64,000 nt of DNA from assembly GCA_963667015.2 (NCBI GenBank), contig CAXXJJ010000001.1, positions 2,752,001-2,816,000 on the forward strand, in the 5' to 3' direction. Shown one piece after another: positions 56,964 through 64,000 of the stretch (the stretch's first letter is position 1; the number at the start of each line of letters is the position of its first letter). The notes beneath the pieces are model-generated. The model was not told the DNA's origin. It made no database searches and saw only the letters and a program-made list of their open reading frames with translations. The position numbers were made by a program, and so were the translations under genes. Origin of the DNA: Desulfatiglandales bacterium. Lineage in GTDB: Bacteria > Desulfobacterota > DSM-4660 > Desulfatiglandales > HGW-15.

Positions 56964-58520
56964 TTAATCTTCCTTGATATCTGGGTTAATGGAATTATCA
57001 AGCGGAAATACAATCTCTATTTCGGTGCCTTTGCCTGCGGAAGAGGTTACTTCAATTCTTCCTCCATGTTCCTGAACAATACCATAGGCAACGGAAAGGC
57101 CGAGCCCGATTCCCTTTCCCTTTTTTGTTGTAAAAAACGGTTCAAATATCCTTTTGGTATCCTCTTCAGGGATACCTGATCCAGAATCCCTGAAATTTAT
57201 TAATATACTATTGTCACCAAGTTCATGCCTGGTTTCAATGGTGAGGATACGTTCTTCAACGGCTTCCATTGCCTCGGCCGCATTTGAAACAAAATTCATA
57301 AAAACCTGCTGAAGCTGGTCGGCTGAACCCATGATATCGGGTAATTTTTTATCCAGTTTTGTTTCAACTGTAATGCCGTTTATTTTTAACAGATTTGAGT
57401 TAAGGATAAGGGTCTGTTCAATCATCATATTTATATCAACCTTTCCCGGTTCAATTTTAGACTGCCTGGAAAAGGCCAGCAGGTTGCTTACGATCCTGCT
57501 TGTTCGTTTTGTCTCTGCCTCCATAAGGCCGAGATACTGCATGAATTTATCTATGTCTCTCTGTAGCAGGGGACCGTCTTCAATCATTCTTTTCATGAGC
57601 ATGATGAAGTTTAAAACACCTGCTATAGGGTTGTTTATTTCATGAACAACAGAGGCCGCAAGTTTTCCAAGGGATGCCATCTTATCCTGGTGAAGCAGCT
57701 GATCATGGGTCTCCTTGAGCTGCCTGGTCCTGTCTTCAACCATACCCTCCAGTTGCCTGGTTAAATTTTCCTCTTCTTTTAAACGGGAAGTAATGTCCCT
57801 GCTTATTTCAATAAATTTTGAAAGCTCACCATTTGTTTCCCAAAGGGGAAAGATATTTATTTCATGATGTCTGGTCTCACCATTTTTATCTATTCTGGGT
57901 AATATTTGTCTGACAGGCATTTTTAGTGAAATCGCATCCTTGAGCGGACACCTGAAACTGCCTTTGTTGCAGCGGTTGTCCTGCTTCTGAAAAACCTGGT
58001 AGCATTTTTTCCCGATCACATTTTCTCTTGAGAGTGCCATATGGTCGAATATGGCATCATTGACGTCCAGTATTTCGAGGTCGGGGCTTATTACTGTAAT
58101 AAGATCCTGTATCCCGTTAAGGATTGTCTCTACCTCTTTATTCCTCTGGCGCAGCTTCTGTTCTTCAATGCTGATGGCCTTCCAGAAAACATTAAAGACA
58201 TGGTAGGATTGTACTCTTATATGCGCGGGTTTTGACTTTAGAATTTCTTCAAGAACTTCCTCTTTCGGGGTAAGGATTATAAACAGGTGAATGTTGTAGG
58301 AAGGGGCATATAATTCATGGTAATCACTGACGGTGATCAAGCCAAGTTTTCTGGCAGTTGCTATTCCGGGACTCTCCTGGTCCGGATCTGCAACTGCTGT
58401 CATGCGTGCACTTACTTCATCTTCTCTGTAGTCCTGAGTGGTCTTTTCAAGTAACTCCTTACAAAATGTATTTCCCCCAATTACAGCTATATTAATAATT
58501 GAAGCATCTGTATCCGTCAT
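56964..58520 (-). CDS. Cytoplasmic sensor histidine kinase (Rossmann-like + PAS + HisKA/HATPase)
   Basis: IAVIGG...AVAD N-domain; HEINNP; FEPFFTTK..G.GLGL. Confidence 0.9.
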   Translation of the reverse strand: MTDTDASIINIAVIGGNTFCKELLEKTTQDYREDEVSARMTAVADPDQESPGIATARKLGLITVSDYHELYAPSYNIHLFIILTPKEEVLEEILKSKPAHIRVQSYHVFNVFWKAISIEEQKLRQRNKEVETILNGIQDLITVISPDLEILDVNDAIFDHMALSRENVIGKKCYQVFQKQDNRCNKGSFRCPLKDAISLKMPVRQILPRIDKNGETRHHEINIFPLWETNGELSKFIEISRDITSRLKEEENLTRQLEGMVEDRTRQLKETHDQLLHQDKMASLGKLAASVVHEINNPIAGVLNFIMLMKRMIEDGPLLQRDIDKFMQYLGLMEAETKRTSRIVSNLLAFSRQSKIEPGKVDINMMIEQTLILNSNLLKINGITVETKLDKKLPDIMGSADQLQQVFMNFVSNAAEAMEAVEERILTIETRHELGDNSILINFRDSGSGIPEEDTKRIFEPFFTTKKGKGIGLGLSVAYGIVQEHGGRIEVTSSAGKGTEIEIVFPLDNSINPDIKED

Positions 58521-58547
58521 GGGCGGATCTTCCATTAAGTATAAAGG

Positions 58548-59180
58548 TTATTTTTTAATTTTATCTTCAAAATCTTTTACAAAAGATATGACAGTTTTTC
58601 TTACCTGAGCAAGGTCTATTTTACTGGTATTCAGGACCAGATGGTATAAGTTAGGTGAATTCGGCGGGCCCAGCTCAAAATATTTCATAAAGGAGTCTCT
58701 TCGTTTTTCACGGACCAGGATTTCCTTCTCCGCATCTTTCCTCTTCATCTTCCAGCTTTTTTCCAGAAATTTTATGCGGTCATCGAAGTCAGCTACAAGA
58801 AGGAGATGTATTACGTTTTCCCTGCCCTGGAGAATGTACTGGCTGCCCCTGCCCAGAATAACAACATTGTCTTCATCTGCAATCCGGTTTACAATACTTT
58901 GAAGGAATGTAATATACTTTTTTTCATCGAAATCTGTTTTTTTATCACCTACAAGATTCTCAATAAATTCTCCGTTAACAAATTTGTTTACAAAGCGCAT
59001 AAGCCAGTCACCTGCATGCTTTTCAACGCCCTTTATCCACTCTGTGGAAACATTCGCCTCTTTTGCCATTTCGTTGAGAATCTGTGAGCTGATAAACTTA
59101 TAACCGAGCTGGGAAGAGATAGATTTGCCAAGGGTCCACCCCCCGGCGCCGAACTGACGGGAAATCGATAATACGGCCAT
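58548..59180 (-). CDS. Cytidylate kinase-like family protein
   Basis: ISRQFGAGG, VILGRG, YHLVLNT. Confidence 0.88.
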   Translation of the reverse strand: MAVLSISRQFGAGGWTLGKSISSQLGYKFISSQILNEMAKEANVSTEWIKGVEKHAGDWLMRFVNKFVNGEFIENLVGDKKTDFDEKKYITFLQSIVNRIADEDNVVILGRGSQYILQGRENVIHLLLVADFDDRIKFLEKSWKMKRKDAEKEILVREKRRDSFMKYFELGPPNSPNLYHLVLNTSKIDLAQVRKTVISFVKDFEDKIKK

Positions 59181-59330
59181 ATTACCCTCCTGCAGTTAAG
59201 GATGAATTATTTATATAATGCCACAGGTGTAAAACAAAGTCCAGATTAAGTTTTTTATGCCTAATTATCCTATTTGTTTTTATATTAATTTAATACCTTG
59301 CCCGGAAAAAGCAAGGTATCGGTGCTGTAG

Positions 59331-59729
59331 TTATTTATTTTTTAAAAGATCTGCAAGGCCTGCGAAAGGATTGTGGGTTATTGATTCTGTCTTTTTATCT
59401 CCGGAATCCGGCATTTCACCATCCAGGTGATCAAGATATCTTCTGTGCTCATTATCATGGCAGTATACGCACAGGTTTTCCCAGTTGCTTCCGTCAGACG
59501 GATTATTGTCATGATTGTGGTCTTTGTGATGTACCGTCAGGAGATGAAGATTTTTATGTGTAAACTCCCTTCCGCAGCGTGCGCAGACCCATGGGTGGAT
59601 ATTCAGGGACTGTTCGCGATAGCCCTTCATCCTGTCTCCATCGGATTTTCGTGCCTTTGCCACAATTTTATCCATTTCTTCTTTTGTGAGTTTCTTCCTT
59701 GATGACTGGATCTTTTCACTATTATCCAA
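59331..59729 (-). CDS. yajD: YajD-family HNH nuclease
   Basis: YREQSL..HPWVCARCGREF, TVHHKDHNHDNNPSDGSNWENLCVYCHDNEH. Confidence 0.88.
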   Translation of the reverse strand: MDNSEKIQSSRKKLTKEEMDKIVAKARKSDGDRMKGYREQSLNIHPWVCARCGREFTHKNLHLLTVHHKDHNHDNNPSDGSNWENLCVYCHDNEHRRYLDHLDGEMPDSGDKKTESITHNPFAGLADLLKNK

Positions 59730-60072
59730 AACAATTATCCTCCTTTTCGGTTTATTCCAGGAAATTTAACATCTTTATTAACATTTTTCATCGATTTAAT
59801 TATGGAAAAAAAGAAATTAAATTTGAAAGTATGTCCTGTCATATTAATTTAAGATCGGGTCTTAATTTTTTTATTTCTTTTACAGGAAGAGATGCTCTCA
59901 TGCCACCCAAGTTTATAGATTTCATCAATAGTATATCCGGTATTTTTTCTATTGATTTTAAATGCACCATGAAATAATCATCATAGTTATATGATCTTAT
60001 TATTTTTATCTGTGAACGATAAAGAGAATAATCGAACCGGTAAGGACAAGACAGGTTACAGGGACCGTTATA

Positions 60073-61038
60073 ATGTTTTTCTCTACAGCAGACATCGAAG
60101 TTGCACTATGGATTCCGCCTTTAACAGCGTTTGTGATCTCATTTTTTACTTCCATGGGCGGAGTTTCAGGTGCCTTTCTACTTCTTCCATTCCAGGTTTC
60201 CTTTCTTAGCTATACCAACCCGTCAGTCAGTGCCACAAACCAGGTTTTTAACATTGTGGCAATCCCGAGCGGGGTGTACCGCTACTGGCGTGAAGGCCGA
60301 ATGGTCTGGCCTTTAACATGGGTTGTGATTGCAGGTACTTTACCCGGAGTTTTTATTGGAGCTGTAATACGGGTTGCCTGCCTGCCAAATCCTGTTCATT
60401 TCAAACTTTTTGCCTCTCTTGTGCTGCTTTATATTGGTCTTCAATTGATGCGAGACCTTTTAAAGAAAAATACAGGCATTGATCATAAAGTTAAAAGTGA
60501 ACTTAAATTTCGGGAAATGGTTAGAAACAACAGTTTAAACACGACTTTTGACCCGTCAAAACAAACAGAAAAGGGATTCCATCCTGTCAGAGTTACCCAT
60601 TTTAATCTAAAAAGACTTGGATATACCTTTTATGATGAATCATTTGATATTTCCTTCTGGGGTATCTTTGCTCTCAGTTTTATAGTTGGTATTATCGGTG
60701 GCATTTATGGTATCGGGGGTGGTTCTATAATTGCGCCTTTTTTTGTAACCTTTTTCGGACTCCCTGTTTATACTGTTGCCGGCGCCGCGCTCATGGGAAC
60801 CTTTGTTACATCGATTGCAGGAGTTGTGTTTTATCATCTCATAGCGCTGTTTTACCCGGATCTATCAGTCGCCCCCGATTGGCTGCTGGGGATTTTATTT
60901 GGAACGGGAGGAATGGCCGGCATGTACCTGGGTGCGCGCTGTCAGAAATATGTACCTGCAAAAGTTATAAAATGGATGTTGGCTGGTATAATTATTTTTA
61001 CTGCTTCAAAGTATGCCATCAATTTCTTTCAATATTAA
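60073..61038 (+). CDS. TauE/SafE (TSUP) sulfite exporter family
   Basis: SMGGVSGAFLLLP, GGIYGIGGG. Confidence 0.9.
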   Translation: MFFSTADIEVALWIPPLTAFVISFFTSMGGVSGAFLLLPFQVSFLSYTNPSVSATNQVFNIVAIPSGVYRYWREGRMVWPLTWVVIAGTLPGVFIGAVIRVACLPNPVHFKLFASLVLLYIGLQLMRDLLKKNTGIDHKVKSELKFREMVRNNSLNTTFDPSKQTEKGFHPVRVTHFNLKRLGYTFYDESFDISFWGIFALSFIVGIIGGIYGIGGGSIIAPFFVTFFGLPVYTVAGAALMGTFVTSIAGVVFYHLIALFYPDLSVAPDWLLGILFGTGGMAGMYLGARCQKYVPAKVIKWMLAGIIIFTASKYAINFFQY

Positions 61039-61092
61039 TGTCAAAGCAGGGCAAAAAGGGCAGCAATTACCTGGAAAATACCAGATATAAAA

Positions 61093-61602
61093 ATGGTTTT
61101 TTTCTTCTACAATATTGCAGAACAAATCCAGAAGGCAAAGGAGCTGTATACCCGGTATGCAAGTGATATAATGCTGGATAAAAAATGCTCCTCCCAGCTA
61201 GAGGAATTAAATACCGCAATAGAAGATTCATGGGAACTCATGAAAGAGCTGGGGGTAATTGAAATCTGTTCAGCCTGTGCTCAGGAGAAGACCGGAGGGT
61301 GCTGTCATTTTGGAATCGAAACGTGCTACACAGATATGATCATTCTGATGAACATGCTTCTTGGTGTTACAGTACCTGAGCAGAGAAAACTGGAGAATAA
61401 CTGCCTGTTTGTGGGTGAACATGGCTGTAGGCTGAAGGCACGTTTTAAGACCTGTATTCATCACCTCTGCCCTGAAATTATAAATTCCCTCAATGAATAC
61501 GATTTGTTCAGGTTAAGGGCGCTCAACAGTTATGAAATTAAAGTGGTTTCGCAGGCCGAGTCATCTATAAGGGACTTTATACGGCGTGAAATCAACCGGT
61601 GA
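61093..61602 (+). CDS. Cys-rich hypothetical protein (CxxC...CC...C...C...C...C), possibly YkgJ-like
   Basis: CSAC.....GGCC, NCLFVGEHGCRL, CIHHLC. Confidence 0.7.
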   Translation: MVFFFYNIAEQIQKAKELYTRYASDIMLDKKCSSQLEELNTAIEDSWELMKELGVIEICSACAQEKTGGCCHFGIETCYTDMIILMNMLLGVTVPEQRKLENNCLFVGEHGCRLKARFKTCIHHLCPEIINSLNEYDLFRLRALNSYEIKVVSQAESSIRDFIRREINR

Positions 61603-61615
61603 AGGAGATAATCAG

Positions 61616-62950
61616 GTGCCTGAGACACCAAGAGCATCACGAAGGGAACTTTTCGGGTGGGCAATGTTTGATTTTGCCAATTCATCCTATACAACCGTAA
61701 TAATAACAATTGTTTTCTGTAATATTTTTACGGGTGTCATTGTGGGGGATGGCCCTGAGTTCCGTCTTGGTAACTCGCTCTGGACAGTGGCCTTATCTTT
61801 AAGTTATTTTGTTGTCCTCCTTACATCACCTTTGCTTGGTGCTGTAATGGATTTTACCGCATCAAAAAAGAAATTTCTCTTTGCAAGCTATCTCCTGACT
61901 GTTATTGCGACATCCTCACTTTTTTTTATCAAACCCGGATATATCATCCCGGGGATAGTACTTATAGTTCTTTCCAATATCGGTTTTTCATATGGTGAGG
62001 CATTTGTTTCCAGTTTTCTTCCCGGACTTGGACCTCCAGAGGACCTGGGAAAAATATCCGGCTATGCATGGGGACTGGGATACTTTGGCGGTTTGATATC
62101 AACAGCGATTGTTATTTTCGGATTCAATGGAAACCGGTACGAGATTGAAAATGTCGCGAACCTGCGCCTGGTAGGCCCTGTAACAGGCCTGTTTTTTCTC
62201 GTAGCCGCCATTCCTACTTTTTTATGGATAAGAGAACGTGCAATACCAAAGGTCCTTCCCGAAGGCGAAAATTACCTTTCTGCTGGAATAAAAAGGCTCA
62301 AAAAGACTGTCTCAGAGATCAGGGAATTCAAAGATCTTGTGATGCTTCTTTCCTCCTTCTTTTTCGCCTATGCCGGCCTTTCCATAGTTATAGCCTTTGC
62401 ATTTATATATGGTAACCAGATAGTCAAATGGGAGGGGAAGACAGAGATATACATGTTTATTATAACACAGTGCACTGCCGCTGGCGGGGCCTTCCTGTTC
62501 GGCTTTATTCAGGATAAATGGGGGGCAAAGAAGACATTTATTCTTACTCTCTTTCTTTGGATCATTACTATTCTCTTAATTTATGGTGTAAATGGAGTTA
62601 CTGCTTTTATAAATGCTTTAACAGGCACATCGTTTAAGGGTGAACATATTTTTCTGGTTACAGGTTCCATTGCCGGGCTTGGCCTTGGCTCAACCCAGTC
62701 TGCATGCAGGGCAATGGTCGGGTTGTTCTCACCGGATACAAAGGCTGGCGAGTTCTTCGGGTTATGGAACTTCTCAAACCGCCTGTCGGCAATTGTGGGG
62801 CTTCTTGCAGTCGGAGCCCTGCAGGCACTTCTGGGACTTCAAAAGGCAGTGCTCATTTGTTTAGTATTTTTTATTATTGCTGTAATTATTGCATTCTTTG
62901 TAAATGAAAAGAGAGGAAAAACTGCGGCACAGAGACATACGGGGGAGTAA
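61616..62950 (+). CDS. MFS transporter, UMF1/BtlA-like
   Basis: WAMFDFANS, SGYAWGLGYFGG, EFFGLW. Confidence 0.9.
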   Translation: MPETPRASRRELFGWAMFDFANSSYTTVIITIVFCNIFTGVIVGDGPEFRLGNSLWTVALSLSYFVVLLTSPLLGAVMDFTASKKKFLFASYLLTVIATSSLFFIKPGYIIPGIVLIVLSNIGFSYGEAFVSSFLPGLGPPEDLGKISGYAWGLGYFGGLISTAIVIFGFNGNRYEIENVANLRLVGPVTGLFFLVAAIPTFLWIRERAIPKVLPEGENYLSAGIKRLKKTVSEIREFKDLVMLLSSFFFAYAGLSIVIAFAFIYGNQIVKWEGKTEIYMFIITQCTAAGGAFLFGFIQDKWGAKKTFILTLFLWIITILLIYGVNGVTAFINALTGTSFKGEHIFLVTGSIAGLGLGSTQSACRAMVGLFSPDTKAGEFFGLWNFSNRLSAIVGLLAVGALQALLGLQKAVLICLVFFIIAVIIAFFVNEKRGKTAAQRHTGE

Positions 62951-62972
62951 TGAATGCAGGCTGAAGCTTTTC

Positions 62973-63019
62973 ACCCTGTTAAATGCTGCTTCGCAGCCCG
63001 TTTACGGATTTAACAGGGT
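62973..63019. repeat. Y-shaped palindromic mini-element within a heptamer tract
   Basis: 12-bp outer stem ACCCTGTTAAAT/ATTTAACAGGGT enclosing GCTGC-TTC-GCAGC and CCG-TTTA-CGG. Confidence 0.6.
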
Positions 63020-63141
63020 AAAGGCTATAGGCTGTTAGGAAAAGGAGCCTGCCGTCTTTGCTAAAGCGACATAGGGGCCGGGAAGGGAATAATGCAGATT
63101 AATATCTGTTTAAAATATTAATGGAAAATATAAAACACAGC

Positions 63142-64000
63142 ATGCAAAAACTTTCCAGATCCGAGGCAATGGGAACAGATCCCATCTGGCGTCTCCTGTT
63201 CCGGTTTTCAGGGCCTGCAATTATTTCCATGACAGTGGCATCTACCTATAACCTGGTAGATGCCGTTTTTGTGGGGCGTCTCGGTTCGGATGCCCTTGCT
63301 GCCATGAGTGTTACGTTCCCGCTGCTGTTGTCCTTTATTGCACTTGCCTCCGGCACAGGCGTCGGAGCAACATCGCTTATATCAAGGTCCCTTGGTTCGG
63401 GGGATAAGGAAAAAGCAAACAGGGCAGCATGCGTTGCCATAACACTGTGTCTTATTATAAGTGCTTTCATCGCTCTGGTATGCCTGCCAAATATCAAACC
63501 CATCCTGACGCTGCTTGGAGCGAAGGGTACTGTTTTAACCCTGGCTGAAGATTATGTTTCTGTCCTGATAAAGTGTATTATTTTTTCATGCATGTCCATG
63601 GTCCTCGGGAATATCATCAGGGCCGAGGGAAACCCGCTGTTTTCCAGTTCAGTAATGGTATGCTCTTCAATTACCAATATCATTCTTGATCCTGTATTTA
63701 TCTTTGGTATTGGCCCTGTACCTGCGCTGGGTATCTCAGGGGCAGCCGTCGCAACAGTAATTGCCCAGGCCCTGAGTACCTTTATTTATCTTGGTTACCT
63801 GTTATCCAGCAGGGCGGGCTATGAATTTAAGATTGCCAATTTTATTCCCCATCCAAAGATTGTGTTTGAGATATACAGGATAGGCGTGGCATCCATTGTC
63901 AGGTCGGGAGTACAGTTTGTCGTAATGGGTGCAGTAAACAGGATTGCCGCCTCACATGGTGTAATAACCCTGGCGTTAATTGGTGTCCTTATACGTATGG
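63142..64000 (+). CDS. MATE family efflux transporter (5' part; runs off the window)
   Basis: MGTDPIWRLLFRFSGPAI...YNLVDAVFVGRLG..ALAA; NIILDPVFIFG; GISGAAVAT. Confidence 0.92.
   Translation, partial: MQKLSRSEAMGTDPIWRLLFRFSGPAIISMTVASTYNLVDAVFVGRLGSDALAAMSVTFPLLLSFIALASGTGVGATSLISRSLGSGDKEKANRAACVAITLCLIISAFIALVCLPNIKPILTLLGAKGTVLTLAEDYVSVLIKCIIFSCMSMVLGNIIRAEGNPLFSSSVMVCSSITNIILDPVFIFGIGPVPALGISGAAVATVIAQALSTFIYLGYLLSSRAGYEFKIANFIPHPKIVFEIYRIGVASIVRSGVQFVVMGAVNRIAASHGVITLALIGVLIRM

Noticed and set aside
59331..59729. HNH nuclease as a defence or mobile element
   Set aside because: It matches the conserved standalone YajD pattern, with no defence or mobility neighbours.

Overview
A 64-kb stretch of AT-rich bacterial chromosome. 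The gene content (UroD/MtaA-like paralogs, flavodiiron protein, Cys-rich GcvH-like pair, sigma-54 two-component system, selenoproteins) suggests an anaerobic Desulfobacterota-like organism; this is inference. It holds about 55 CDSs, one apparently intact IS21-family element (11505-14110), several pseudogenes, and many heptamer, REP-like and MITE-like intergenic repeats. I saw no rRNA, tRNA or CRISPR array. The signals the ORF track misses are the most interesting. (1) A complete ribosome-mediated attenuator with a 25-aa leader peptide carrying seven consecutive Tyr codons upstream of aroF-tyrA. (2) Three in-frame UGA recoding candidates: a DsbA-like UxxC protein, a secreted UGSC-like UxxC protein, and an unannotated 57-aa CxxU mini-protein with a SECIS-like hairpin behind a NifU-like gene. 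(3) A membrane-tethered putative regulator whose anchor copies the NfeD N-terminus, next to a triple TGTAGCG palindrome upstream of an NfeD-SPFH operon; the SPFH 3' end is duplicated around a cargo cassette. (4) An AraC-GyrI gene with an apparent internal promoter and start for its GyrI domain. (5) A sigma-54 circuit (enhancer sites, -24/-12 promoter, cognate two-component system) driving two Cys-rich GcvH-fold proteins that lack the lipoyl motif. (6) A Tat-exported Cys-containing ModA-fold / NapH-like / NifB-like / MauE module, partly decayed. All family calls come from motif recognition by eye; no database was searched.
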